Shown: positions 48,379 to 62,310, counted from the whole stretch's first letter. The stretch is 63,397 nt of DNA, filler included, from Choristocarpus tenellus KU-1152 (GCA_964200185.2; 11 parts of 11 records of this genome joined end to end with filler, not necessarily neighbours in it), one strand, 5' to 3'. Numbers and translations are program-made. The notes: generated by a model not told the origin, from the sequence alone.

Positions 48379-49540
48379 GGCTCAAGGTTATCTGGGGGAG
48401 GGGGGCAGCGGCTGTCCATTCGGGGCCTATTTCTAATGTCGCGAATTTTGGGTGTGGTTTTGGTTGCATCCGACGGATGGATAATGTAAGTGCACTTCTC
48501 CTGGTCAGGGCCCGAATGGACACCCTGGTGTAGAGATAAAGTATCTAGGAGGGGGTGGCGGCTGTCCATTTGAGGTCGATTCTTACATGTCGCGAGTTTT
48601 GCGTGATTTAGTTGCATATGTCGGATATATGACGAATTTGATAGACCTGTGTGTATCTTAGTTGGCATCTTTGTGCTCAAGAAGTAGTGAAAATATGCAG
48701 TCATTGATTTTTTTGTGATGTAATATTTTGACATTATAAGGTGAATAACGGTATCATTGATTTAATAATATGGTATATAGTACCGACCCTTGTATGTTTT
48801 TGGTCAGTAAGTATGGAAAGATATGCTGTCATTGATCTGTGTAATTGATGATTTAGACTTGACGAAGTGAACAAGTGGCTATATTCATTGAATTATGATG
48901 ATTTATGTGATTGATTATTTAGACTTGATTGAAGCGATTAAACGGTTTCGTTGATTTAAGTATGGTGAGGGACAGTATATGTAAAATTTCTGTTCGTAGA
49001 CGTAAACTGTTTTTCCCTTCCATATGAAGTGAAGAGTGTGGTATACAGGGAGGCTTGGGGTAAATGTGGGGTACCTTCGAGCTGCAAAGGGATGGGGATA
49101 GTCTTGTTAAACAATCTCAAGTTTTTGGGTAATACCCACATCAATTTTAAATTCTGGAATCTTGGTTGGTGTGACTGCTGTCCACGTAGGTCAGGGGTGG
49201 GCCATGTCGCTAATTTCGGGTGATTCGGTTCCATGTTTTGCATGGACAATGCATTTTGTAGACCTGCTTGTATGTACATTCGTATCCTCGGGGTTAAGAA
49301 GTATGGGAAAATATGCTGTCATCAATTTTTGTCATGAATTATTTGGATATTTTTGATATTGGAATATATGATTTAATTGATTTAAGTATATGAAGTCGTC
49401 TACGGAAACGACCTGTTCACAGACATACGCTTATATTGGGATGTAACCAACTTGAGAGTATGGTATACTGTGACGGTTCGCATAAAGGAGAGGTACTCCA
49501 GAGTTGCGAAGGGATGGCGATAAGCTTGTTTAAAATCAGA
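48379..49540. repeat. Array of MITE-B-derived and AT-rich diverged modules
   Basis: B-type units start at 48379, ~48535 and ~49170. AAATATGC(A/T)GTCAT-like modules recur near 48690, 48820 and 49308. 49036-49120 resembles 49458-49540. Confidence 0.6.
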
Positions 49541-52500
49541 AATTTGTTTAGAGTTAGAAGCATAAAAAACGGAACAGTCTTCGCGACTTAAAAACAAGGC
49601 GCACACAACAAAGCACCTTACTTTCGTCGAAAGTAACGCTAAGTCTCTAATGTGTATGTGATTGACGGAGGATATATAAAAATAGGATTGTAAAGTAAAG
49701 CTCCCCAAACGGTGTTACCCTTTGATGACCTTGACACGTCATCACGGTGAAACTAGTACATTTGAAGGAGTCTGATGTGCCCCAACATAGTGTGATGGGG
49801 ACAAACCCTGTGTGATACACTACAGAGTTTAGGGCTTATTGATCTCGCTTTGCATCAGAGGAAGAATGATTATTGAGATGACAAGGTGTTATCGTCCGGT
49901 ATATTATCATTGTATTTGTTTGCAGCTGCGTGTTGCGATTGCGCTCTGTCCATCTCTAAATTTAGTGTGAATTCAAGTATTGAACGAACGTCGGTATTTG
50001 TTAGACATTATCCACTTGACCAATCCCACTAGTTCACAACAGGGACCCCGTTTTTGCCAATTATGCTTGTATTATGTGCTGACCGACAGTTCTACCAACA
50101 GAGACTACAAAACAAACTCCGGTGTCGTTATGTCGTATGTAGTATGCAGAATACGAGTGAGTGACGATTCCTATCTACAGAAAAGCAAATGGAAGCATAA
50201 TGGAAGGTGTTGGAAGTAAGGTTCTGACACACAACGTATCATGTTGCAAAACAGTTTCCGAACGTCCCCGAGAACTTTGTGTGATAAAGGTGTACGACTA
50301 TACTGAGGCTTCTCAGCGGTCCACATACACGCCTGACTACACTGTGAAGGTTGTAAGCCCATCGTTGGCATAGACTATACAAACTTGGTCGTCGGAGACT
50401 GTGTCCTAGGAACAGGAACTCTGTCACATAAACACGACCCTTACTTCAAGTTCTATCAAAAATCAAAAACACCTTCTTTAGATCGTGGGCATATGCGAAG
50501 TCGCACCTCTCCTCCTTCCGCCAAGCTATAAGCTTCGGATAAGCCCTTTTCAAAATATACCAAAGATCTAGGGGCGAGGAATACGTGTCATAAGGTCTGC
50601 TTCCACCTGACTGAGGAAAATAGCATTCTTCGCATCGAGCGCTTTGATATCCTCCTCATGCAGCGTCTTCTTGGCATTTCCTCTGTCGAATAACCTAGTC
50701 TTAACCTTACGTTGTCTGTGCTGATACAAGTATATACCATAGGTTTCATATGTCTATTCTTAGTTTGGCGCAATACAAAGTACTAATGTTCATAGCGGTT
50801 TGATGGTTCCGTCTTTGGTCATACGTCAGAGATAGTTGATGGCTAAGACAAAAGGCCCAGTTAATAAATAATATTTACTGTACGTTTTATCATGTAACTC
50901 AACTACTAGCCTTCGGCGACGAGCCTTACATGCACCAACCTCCTCAACATCCTCCGCAATCACATATGCCATCGAGGATTCCTTTGTGGACGTAACAGCA
51001 GTCGTCCAGGACAACCAACTTAGCAGCTTCGCCAGCCCACATCGATCTAAAGTCGTGGTCGTGTATAACCTGCTGGAGGACACAGGTTTTGACATGGTCG
51101 TATATTGGCGCAGATCTGTGTCAGAAATCAATGTGCAAGAGATCAAGAAAGTCCATATACAAGGTCCAGAGCGCAAGGCAAAGACAAGATAAGCCACGGA
51201 GCTGGTTCTGTAGCATTATACAGGCTAATAGAGCAAGCACAATACTACTTAGCTCTTAGAGCAGTTAGATTGAAGTACAACAATTTTTATATAATGTATT
51301 GTATACATTGTTGTATGTTACAGTATTGTTTTATATGACTGTTTGAACTGGACGTTGAAGTATAACAATAAAGGTTATTGTTTGATATGGCTGTTTGAAC
51401 GGAACTTGAAGTGTTATGGATTCTTGAATGCACTTGCACACCTGATCTTTGGTTCAGCAACACTTCTCTTTTCTCAGTTGACCCAAAGTATCTGGGAGGG
51501 GGGGGTCTACACCAGGGTGTTCATTTGGACCAGAATCAGGAAAAGTGCTTTTANNNNNNNNNNNNNNNNNNNNNNNNNNNNNNNNNNNNNNNNNNNNTTA
51601 ATTAATTAANNNNNNNNNNNNNNNNNNNNNNNNNNNNNNNNNNNNNNNNNNNNAGCTTCATTTTATTTTTTGGGTGTACTGTTGTTAATTCTTTTCTCTT
51701 TCCTTACTAGAACAAACGACGTTCCCGCTGGGGGGGGGGGGGGGGGGGGGGGTACACAAAAGAACAATTTCGTCGAACATTCACATTCAAGGTAGAATGA
51801 GCGGTCTCCCAAGCGTTACATCTCACCTTGTAAAAAAACACACACACACACACACGCTCTAAATAAAGGTAGGCCAAAAAAAAAAGGACAGAGATGTAGC
51901 AAGCAAGAGAGGGGTTACCCAGAGTTGCATTTTCAAAGAATGCCGTTATGTACGTACAGAACTCATTTGTTTGGTTTGGTTTGGTTTGATTTTGATTTGT
52001 TTTGTTTTTCAAATGCATGTAGGATCATTTTCAAAATCATGTCGGTCGAAAGGTCTCGAGAATGTAAAGAGAAATAAATCCTCTCAAGCCAAAAACTTAC
52101 CACTTCATCCACAGAACAATCAAGAAGGGCAAAGTGGACAAGATTGAAAAACTGGGTGGATAATGAAAAAACAGCAAAAAACTATGCAAATAGTGGAAGA
52201 ACACTCCAAAAACTGGCTGTTCAATGCAAAAAAAACAGAAAAACCCAAAATCGGGGGCCTCTTGTATAGTTTGGCTCGCTAACATTTACCACGGACACAA
52301 TTGATCTGTAACAGGCACTAATTCAAAGTAAACAGCGTCATGAAAAACCACAGCATCTGTCCATCACGCAAAAACAACGCACAAAAGGACTTGAGATCAT
52401 TCCATCTTTACACTATCACGTACCACCTTCATCGTACACACAAAACAATTACTTTTTAAAAAAAACAAGGAGCACCAACCTACTACATACATATATATAT

Positions 52501-52607
52501 ACTACAGAACAACCAGGTCCTCATTGATAATATCCCCAGAGTCCCAGGAGAGGAGGCCTTCAGGCAGTAGGAGGACAGAACAAGGCGACCGAGGGCTCGA
52601 GACTCAC

Positions 52608-54665
52608 AGGGATGTTCAGGCCGGCTGCCTCAAGAGAATCCCGGATGTTCTGAGCCTGCGCTGGGGCCTGGGAACCCCATCCAATCACCTGCTCTCTCGA
52701 GCAAAGAGCACGAGCGCCCATTCCCGCCATACACGCAATCGCCACGAATCAATTTTTCAAATCAAGTACGTTTTGCAGGACACATCCGGAGCAATGGTTT
52801 TAGGTTTACAGGGTAACCAGGAGGGAGGGTTAAGAGGAAGGTGAGGGTACAGAGCAAAAGAAAAAACTAGAAAGACACAAATGAGGACTGTGGGGCGGAA
52901 GGGGCGGGAGGTCCAAATGAAGAACATACTCCAGTATTAAGCATGCACCTACCTGGAACAAGAGCAGACAGCTACAGTACATACGTGTTTTCCATTCAAG
53001 ACCTTACTGTTCAATACAAAAATGGAATATTTTCAGCCTCCTCTCCTTTACCAATTCTTGAAAAAAGAAATAAAAAATGAGGAGTGACAGCATCGGTCGC
53101 AAGAGTTTAATCCGTCTTCGAAAGGCATCAGCTCAAGTGGAGTGGGATTCAGTTACAAAATAGCCCAATCATCTTTCAAGCTTTGACAAAACTGCCTGCA
53201 TGGGCAATATGACGTGAAATACGTTATGAATGGCATTGAAGACGCGGAGGACAACAGCCTACAAGCAAGAACAAGATGATCATACTTCCAAACATTGCTT
53301 CTGTCCGTTGCTGTTGCTGAACCTCCAAAAGGTAACAGGCAAATATATCCAGCATCACCTCACGACCCAGCCATCAACACCATGAAGAACTGTTGCAGCA
53401 GGGGGGCCATACCATCAAATATGCGATCCTAACCATGACAGGTTCAACTCGCCCTGCAATTGAAAGTACACACCTTGCAAGAAAGTGACGTGAACATTCA
53501 CCCGCAAACTTATACGCCTCTACGGTACTTTCTTCTATCCTCACCGTCATATTTCTTCCCTATCTTATCCTGTATCTAAACCTCACATTCAAATACGCAA
53601 CATACTGTGAACCAACACACCTCAGAATCGTTCTGGAAAAGGAGGTACATAGAGGCAAAAAATGCACCACTGCAAACAAATAATAATACCCTGGTACACA
53701 CAAACTTCCCAACCTACCCCCTTCTATCCTCTCGACTCTCACCCCGATTTTCTCGATCCCCTCGAAGGCCTGAGGAAGGAGGTCAAAGAGATCACGCCCC
53801 CCCTTCACAATGTCCTCCTCGGTCCCGCCCAGCTCGATACGGGTCTTTTCAAAGATCTTCGTCTCGAAACTTAGATGTGAGAACGCAGATTTGCAAAAGT
53901 TGTGGGGGGATTGTCAGGGGATGACAAGTGGCGCATTTTGGTCACCGAACACGTGTGTGTGTGTGTGTGTGTGTTTGCACAGCTTACGGGAATTATCGTC
54001 CAAGGATCAGATCTATACTTCATGTATCAACGCTTACACCAAGGGGAATCTCAAAAGCACAGGAATCAAAGCAAAAGAACTAGAACAAGGTTCTGGACGT
54101 AAAATTGCAACAGGAAGAGGAACAGTCCGTCTACGCCGGGTTGTCGGCGGTTACGACCGCGAGTAGTAGCTCGCAAGAGACCTGACAGTAATGTTACATT
54201 GACTATTAAAGAGATAGAGGGTGTGCGGTACCACACGACTCTGTTATAGAAACTACCTTCAACTCGCTTAAAGCTAGTGTTCCGGCGTACTTCAGGCTCA
54301 GGTGTGTGATACGGCGCTGAGAATGCTCCACAGCAGAGTTGGTCGACAAAAAACAATGGAAATATTACGAAAGAGCGTGGTCAACCAAGGAATACATGTT
54401 ACTTGACTCCAACGACATGTAGAGATGTGACTGGCTACCTGGTTCGAGTTCCATTAATACACAGACATAGCCGTGGCATAGCTAACTTTACTCACTCCAT
54501 ATGGACAGACATCGAAGGCGACACCCTAAGCGCAACGCCTGACATCGGCAGGGTCCTAGAATTGGTCGCAGGGTTCACAGGTTTGACCCAGTTAGAGGTG
54601 GAGAGTGGTCCAGTGAAGGCTGTCGCCCCGGCCACCAGCATCGAACACACCACAGCGGACTTCAT
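52608..54665 (-). CDS. ilvC: Plastid ketol-acid reductoisomerase (plant-type KARI/AHAIR), first 3 exons; remainder beyond the contig end
   Basis: Exons 54665-54496 (MKSAVVCSMLVAGATA-FTGPLS..., bipartite leader), 53869-53743 (DFETKIFEKTRIELGGTEEDIVKGGRDLFDLLPQAFEGIEKIG) and 52688-52608 (VIGWGSQAPAQAQNIRDSL). GT-AG, phases 2 and 0. Matches the plant KARI N-terminus and Rossmann GxGxQ motif. Confidence 0.93.
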
Positions 54666-56703
54666 TGCTCAAATCAGCGATGGATGAACGCCTCAATAGC
54701 ACTTCTACTTGCAAGGCTGTGGTTGGTGCCGGATGGTGACCTTGATGGGACTTGGTTGCACTTCTGTGGCGGACCTGCGCTCGTTCCTCTCGTTTCTAAC
54801 AACTTGAGCGCGCGAATTGCGCGCGGTGTTTGTTCACCGTAAGAATAGATGTTCCTCAAGACATTGTCAAGTTTCATCGTCCCAACTAGGGAACAGTAGT
54901 AGCAACAACTAGTCTATTTGCGGCTCATGATATTATGGTACCACACTGCATTGAACAATACTATATGCACATGTAGTATTTTCTTGTGAGAATGCCGGAG
55001 CCGACATGGTGTACACTACTCCCCCAGATCCTTCGCCTCAAGTCTTCTCGACCTTGAAGACCTGTACAGTCCGCGCTCATGACCGAAAACCAATAACTAT
55101 ATCTGTGCAGGTAGTACAAATCATTGAGTTTGTTACAGCAATCTACCTGTAGCGCAGGGCAACCAATAAAATCACTGTTGGAGTGTATCGAGTGAGATGT
55201 GTTAGTGACAAGAAGGTCAAAACGGTACATACAGATGTGGGTAAAATTTGAAACGAAGCATGTGCGTGTAGACAGCGTTATCATCGTAGAAGTCGTCTCC
55301 CTACCTCCACTGTCCAGGAGTGACGAATCTCCTCCGACTGGTGCTGCCGCGGTAACTTCTCTCTCTTGCGGTATGGTAGATGTGTGGATGGCTCACTCAA
55401 CATCATCAATAATACATGTGACAGAATCCGACAATGCACCTTGTCTCCAACACATGAGTGCAGGGCACGTGCGCAGCGCAGCATACCTACTGAGGGACTA
55501 GTGTGAACTCCAGCGTCAGGCCTAACTCCCTTACCTTGGGGACCTTTGTTATCATGCCAACGATGAGATGTATTTGTTGATGTTTCATCGTGGGATGCTG
55601 ACAAGTAGTGAACGGTGCTGTAGGATCACAACACATCCCTTACCCCATGAAAACGATACCGTCCCAGCTAACCCCAACAATATCTCACCAATGCCGAGAA
55701 CCAAATCCTCCTCTTATGCAGTTCATACCTTGTATCCGCCAAAGTGAAATTCTCCAGTGAAGTAGTGTTTCAGCTGAGGTTAAGTCAGAAATCACTGCTC
55801 CCCAGTATTACGTTATTTTCAAAACGGTAAAGTGCATCGCATGACTCCGTCTGTTCAGAGCATTTTATTTTCATATGTAAAATGGCTGAGAAGATTAATA
55901 GTACTATTGAATGATGTTCCTGTGTCTTCCCTCGAAACTTGTGAGACAGTCTCAGGAAATTCGACGAAAATGCTATCCTCATTGCTGAATGGACAACGAG
56001 GTAGATAGGGTCAATCGTACAAATAGTGATGAGGTTGAGCTCGAACCATCACCCACCTTGCTGCCATGCATGCCAGCTCTTTTTCTGTTGAAAGTGAATC
56101 AATGCAACAAGTGTTGCTTAGCAAAGTGTTTGCTGATGGGTTGCTGGTTCTCTTTTGCTGGTCTTACAATACATTGCACCAGATAGAAAATCAAACATGG
56201 TGCCAGGAAGGACCTGTGTATCAAACTTTTCTCTGGAAATACCCAAAACTTAGAAGGACGTACTCAGGTGAGTTCGCTTTTTTCTTCTTGCTCTGGCCAC
56301 TGTCACTACCACCACCAAACGAATTGATGATAATAAATCGTCAAACTACGAGTGGTTGATAATATTAACACTATCTTCCAAACTGAGTAGATTAAACTCA
56401 ACAACTCGATCAATTTCACCTTTGTCGAAACTGAGGTAGGTAAATAGGCCCTCCATGCAAACAAGTCAATCCGCTCAATGGGAAACACCAAAAATGATTC
56501 ATACTCTGAGTATGTATATATAGTAAGCACACAGATTCTGTCGTTGTTGTTGTGTTTATTGTATTCTCTACCTTGTATGTTGCTTCTTGCCCTCCCAGAA
56601 AAACACTACAACATGACAGTGGGCAAAATATTGCAACATTGTTTATGTTGCTGTAACAAGAAATCAATGTTGTTTTTGATCGAAGGTTGGTATTGCAGTA
56701 TCT

Positions 56704-56769
56704 GAGTGAAAGTATCTTAAAGGTACGATTTTTGCCCTGTTTGTCCATTTGGGGCTTGGCTTCCCACAG
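56704..56769. mobile_element. MITE family A end at a contig break
   Basis: GAGTGAAAGTATCTTAAAGGTACGATTTTTGCCCTGTTTGTCCATTTGGGGCTTGGCTTCC matches the element starting at 19084. Confidence 0.75.
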
Positions 56770-59609
56770 NNNNNNNNNNNNNNNNNNNNNNNNNNNNNNN
56801 NNNNNNNNNNNNNTTAATTAATTAANNNNNNNNNNNNNNNNNNNNNNNNNNNNNNNNNNNNNNNNNNNNTTCCGGGTGGGGGGGGGGTGACGAGCGTGTT
56901 GTCCCCCTCCCCCTCCCTTTTGGGGGTGGTCCCCCCCCCCCCCCCCCCCCCCCTATCGCAATGTCGTCCAATAGGTTGCGAACATCACCCCAGAAAAAAA
57001 AAAAATGTGACTAACAATGGGGGAAAACAGAGTGTGGCCTCTCGGCACAACCATAAAAAATAAATCAACTGGAAAAACCTTAAATAAAACCTTAAATAAA
57101 ACCGAGCTATATCCCAAGTTGTTCGTATATGTAGATTATCTGCGAAGCCCACACAGTGAACACACTCTCTGCATTGCCTATTTAAAAGCATGCACATCGT
57201 ACCCAGCGCAATGGCAGTGAAATGCAAAGAAAAACGCCCGCCGAGTGCATTGGTAGTACATCACAGCAATTCAGCTGGGACAGGGTTCCAGCTTCGGAGT
57301 AAGGATCCCGAAAGGCAGACACATACAAGGAAAACAACTCTACAGTCAAAGGTAGATCTATGCCCATGGGCGTACAACCACCCTGACCCCCCATGCCCTT
57401 CCGAGTCTTTACTGTGGTCTGACATAGCGTGAGAGGCGAGACAATGGAAGGGTCCTTCTTCTGGTCTCTATCTAGGAGGTTGTGGACCTGGGTGCAGGAG
57501 TGATAAACAGCACACTGCCATTGTCGCAGCGCATAAATGCTTCTAAAACTAACAGTATCAAGCAAAAAAATAAATAATTAAAGGCTGTAGATCTACCGCG
57601 ATATGTAACTGTATATATATCCCCATTGTTCATGCATCCAAATAGTGCGAAGTCCAAAGCTTGCACTACCTATTTGGTCTCACACAAACACGCTGGATGT
57701 GTGTGTGAAGAGCAAGCAAGCTGCCATTTAAATAATGCAGTTGACTCCCCATGTGTAGTAAATTAGGCAGCAGCAATTGCCCAATCATTATGGCCATGGG
57801 TTCAGCGACTATAATACCACAGCACACAGTGGTTGTATACTTTGACCCACTAATGAAAACAGGAGTGGTTAGGATGGGTTGGAAGACTGAAAGGACTGGC
57901 AGATGGGAAGCAACTGGCACAAACAGCAGGAAAATATATATATATATATATATATTCTCACACAAAGTAAAAAAAGATAGACAACTGATGTTGTCCGTCA
58001 CTGCGGGCCTACCTCAACAACTTAGTGCTTGAGACTTGAGTCGATGGATGAACACATTTTGCACTGTTGCAGCAATACTGGTATCCCTGCTAACTCATCA
58101 CTTACTGTTGAGTCATCGGCAAGTATCACTATGTTTTTTCACACCTGTACTGAACGACCCACTCCCCTTGCTCCCTCGTCTTCCTATCCTTCCTATCCTT
58201 CCTATTCTGAAGCTCCTGTACACACATTGAGACAGTGGATTGGCGGGATGAGCTTTCGCCAGCGCTGCAAGCGATGCCTCCCCACAGGGCAGCTAATGGT
58301 GGTGTGAGCAATGTCGTCCGCTGGGACAGCTGTTGAAACTGTTGGTCACATGTCCCTGAGGTCATCGTGAATCCCAACAGCAACGGAAGCCCCAGTCGTG
58401 TCACTGCTGTTCGTCTCTCCCGCTGGGTGTGGGACTTCCCGTGTAACTGCCAAATTATCGAAGGAGGGGAAATGTCTCCTTTTTTCACGGCCAACATCAA
58501 CTGTCTTGTACAGTAAAAACTCGATCAAAACCCCTAAAAACTCTTAAAATCTGCGAAGTATTGAACCTTGAATATGAAGGAGCATCCAGACTCCCGTACG
58601 TGCACTCGTTCGAGAGTCGTACAGGCATGCAAACTGTGTTAAAGAACAAACCTGACTTCGAACAGCATGGCTATATCACACACCTCATGACAATAGCGCT
58701 TCTAACTCTTCTGCTGTAACGTTGTTTTTGCATAGGCCTATAGTTCTCGTGTAAATCTTAACAATGGCAAAAGTATTGATAAGCTGCTTCACTCGTCCAC
58801 AAGTTCTACACTCATATAAAGACGCTGTAAGTATGACCAATCAGGCGTCTTATCCTCGCTCATAAATGCAGAGGTTCACGAGGATGTGAAAGCCGGGAAA
58901 TGACCAACAGTAGTGCAAGGTGAGGATTGTGGCAACAGCTTCGCAGATTTCTGACCCTACCGCCTGAACCTTGACATCCAAAACGAATGTGGCCCACTAT
59001 TTCATGGCATTGGATGAGGAAAAGAAAAATATGTGGAACAAGGAGGACTTCACTGAATATGGAACATTAGATAACCTTCTTGTAGAAAGCCGAAAACCCC
59101 TTACGTCCCAATGCCTATACTGAAGTCACAACACAGTTACATGCCCAATCTTCAATTAGTTCTTCGATTCATTCTTCGATTCATTCTTCGATTCGTTCTT
59201 CTGCATGCTCAATCTCCAATATTCTGCATTTTCTTTGCCCTGGTCGACCCAGTTTGCATCTCTACTGTTGAATTGCCTAAGCTGTCCAAACGAACCGTCA
59301 GAGACATCCTGCACACCTTCATCCTGCGAGATTCTTTGTCAGCACTTGATGCGCTGTCTCCTCCCGACTTCCTCGCCTCTGATCTCGAACTCGCCCTCCC
59401 TCCACTCCGCGTTGTCTCACACTACAGTACTCTTACGACTACTGTTGTCTGTTGTGTATTTTGTACATGAACACCATCCTTGTAACACAACAATGTAACC
59501 ATAATTACAATCCAATAACGGGTACTTGGACGACAACAAATGTTACCAAAATATGAAAATGAGATCGAAAAAAAAGTCACTTTTTGTTCAGTTTGAGTTT
59601 GGATATGTT

Positions 59610-60640
59610 TTATAGGGAGTGGGTAGTAAGTAACATGGGGGGGAACAACAACCCCTATACCTGCCCCACAGTCCATGATGTCAGGATCACAAGGAGGGCA
59701 CAACATGAGATTACCCGCCTCCTGAACAGGATCTGGTTCGACTCTTTCCTGAAACAAGTGGCCAGTCAACAAGTCAATGCAGAACAAGGGAGGGAAACAT
59801 CTTCGCTAGCCCTGACCTGCCACTGGAGCCAGTGTGGACAAGGGGAAAATGCATGAGCCTCCACACAACCCCCGGAACCAGCACGCCAGATCCCTCTCAT
59901 AGAGTTCAGACTCACTTTCAACAGATTCCTAGGGAGGGAGAAGGCCCTATAAAAAAGTACCTAGTGGCTGGGTGCAGGTGGCATGATGTGGACACTAGAC
60001 ATGCTCGTACCTGCCCTAGGGCAGGGGGACAGGTCCGCCAGCACACACCGATGGTGAAGCGTCTAAGTCAACTTTGCAAAGCAATGGTTATCCCTTGCAC
60101 TATGTAGGACGGTGACCTGTTCACAGTGGACCAGAATTTCTGCATGGATGTGGTCTTCCATGTTGAGCCACTTGCGGACACCAGATCAGCTCCCTACCCA
60201 GACAAAGGCCTCCTCCTAGATGTTACGTTTGCAGAAATGCAAGCAGCCTCTCGTCTACCCCACTTATCCACCAGCAATGGTGCAGCTGCTGCTGCGCCTG
60301 AGGTGCGAAAGCTCACCCACTATGAGGGTTCTTTTGGCCCCCGTAGTTTTAACCTCAACACCTTTGCAGTGGAAAGTTTTCCGTGCCTCGGTAAGCAAGC
60401 AGAAAGTAGAGGGGATGAGATGGCTACGCACGCAGTAGGGGGGAGAGAGGCGGGAGGCTACAGCAGGAAAGGGGGTGTCAAATCCCATTTACCATAGAAG
60501 TGGCTCTATCGAGATGTGTCATGCGTTTTAAGCTGGAGACACCAGCGAGATGCTTTCCTAGGTCCTCGCCCTGTGGTGTAGGGCTAACCTAGGTTGGAGG
60601 CATAGCAGGGGAGTAGTGTAGCAGAGCTGGTAGTCAAGTA
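59610..60640 (+). mobile_element. 5'-truncated copy of the same CRE-like retrotransposon (zinc knuckle + RLE + 3'UTR)
   Basis: ITRRAQHEITRLLNRI..., HARTCPRAGGQVRQH, LLLDVTF...AAAAPEVRKLTHY...FAVESFPCLG. Colinear with the reverse complement of 37634-38270. Contains stops and frameshifts. Confidence 0.82.
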
Positions 60641-61859
60641 TTTTATATATTTTGGAGAGATATCTTTCACATTTTCGAAAACTGTTGCTGGCTCAAAGTA
60701 TCTGGGGGGAGTGGCATGGGGTGGCGGNNNNNNNNNNNNNNNNNNNNNNNNNNNNNNNNNNNNNNNNNNNNTTAATTAATTAANNNNNNNNNNNNNNNNN
60801 NNNNNNNNNNNNNNNNNNNNNNNNNNNCCTGGTGTAGATCCCCCCACCCTCCCAGATACTATGGGTGATAAAGTAACATTACTATTTCCTCTGTGCTACT
60901 GTTACTCTAGAAATATTTATAGTGGTAGTAGTAACAATTATAACAACAAAAAATTGTAGCAATGGTGATGGTAATAATATTAATAATAATAATAACAGAA
61001 ATGATTGTAACAATAAAGCAACAAAAACACTGTAAATTATTGTGTAACAATCATTTTGATGATGATAATAATACGAACAATAACAATAATACTAACAACA
61101 ACAAAAAAATAACAGCGATAAAAATGATAATAATGATATCAATAGTAAATAGTAAAGGAGCAGCAGAAATTCGAGATTTTTTTTCTTGACCTCCAATTCA
61201 AGTCACTGTCTTGTCTCTTTTTCTTTTTTTTTAATAAGAGGCGTTGGTCGACACCGACATACTACCTCTCCTTCTCTTAGAGCATTGCCCACTAGATTCT
61301 CCAACCGGTCCGTCAGGAACGCCAAAATATCGGAAAACCAGGTCAAAAAGTAGGAAACCAGGTGTCGTTTTTTTCTGGAATATCTGTAACTTTTATTGGA
61401 TTTGGTCGAAATTTGTGTGGAAAAAAACACTATGGGAACCAGATGCCCACAGGCAGGTCCGCCTGATCTTGTCATTTTCTTGCTCCACAGCCTGTCCAAC
61501 AACACTCCTAATATATATATATATATATATATATATTATCTTTATATTATATAGTACAAATGTAGCAGACTTTCAACGGTGGTTGAGGTTGGCCAATGGA
61601 ACCACACAACATATACGTCAGTTTCCACTTCTTGGAAAATTGAGATAGAAAAAACATGTAACTTAAAAAAAATCTCGATTCAGGCCTCTCAAAGCATATG
61701 TTACAAACGTTTACACACCTCTCCATCCCACATTTCCAAAAAAACAATATACGCCTTACACAATTTCCTGGTTTTGTTCACAAAGTGCCAAAAAAAATTA
61801 AAAGAGATATATCCTACCCAAACCGCCGCTTCCTCAGAAACATTTTTTTTTTAATTTTA

Positions 61860-62116
61860 GAGTCAAGGTATCTTAGAGGGTAGAGCTGCATTCACTTGGG
61901 GCCAAAATCCATTGTTCCAATATTGATGTAATTTTGGCTATCGTGTTTGTTAGGAAGTGTCAATATCCTTGTTCCGGACACATGTCTTCATAATGTATCA
62001 TTTTTACCTACTCCAATACATTTTGGAGTAGGTACAATGTCCTTAACCCCTGTGGGAAGTCAAGGCCCAAATGGACAAACAGGGAAAAACTAGTACCCTC
62101 CAAGATGCTTTCACCC
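61860..62116. mobile_element. MITE family A copy (257 bp)
   Basis: GAGTCAAGGTATCTTAGAGGGTAG ... TACCCTCCAAGATGCTTTCACCC, flanked by TTTA/TTTA, with the same internal hairpin. Confidence 0.8.
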
Positions 62117-62310
62117 TTTACCATTGATTCTTTTCACTGCCCCCCAGAGAGTAAACAATAAAAACAGACGATTAGGCTTGCAGAGCACTGCACTCAATCC
62201 AGACCTCGACTTTTTTGTTTCTTCTCTTTTTACTAAAAAAAATATTTCAACATCAGTCTGAAGCACATGTCCGAAAATGGAGAGATTGGAGAGTCTACAG
62301 ACTCATGGCC

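Noticed and set aside
49980-51200. Endogenous viral (phaeovirus/NCLDV) genes among intronless short ORFs
   Set aside because: No recognisable viral hallmark motif, and the frames are short and broken.
29802-54665. Rid + KARI as a branched-chain amino-acid gene cluster
   Set aside because: They are functionally related but lie on different contigs separated by four linkers, so there is no evidence of linkage.
12274-60827. Recurring TTAATTAATTAA motif flanked by Ns as a biological repeat or CRISPR-like array
   Set aside because: It is an exact 100-nt synthetic linker with stops in six frames, a concatenation artefact.
60690-60867. MITE-B left end and right end on either side of a linker as one insertion joining two contigs
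   Set aside because: The flanks (TGCT vs ATAA) show no TSD, and contigs commonly break in this family, so coincidence is sufficient.
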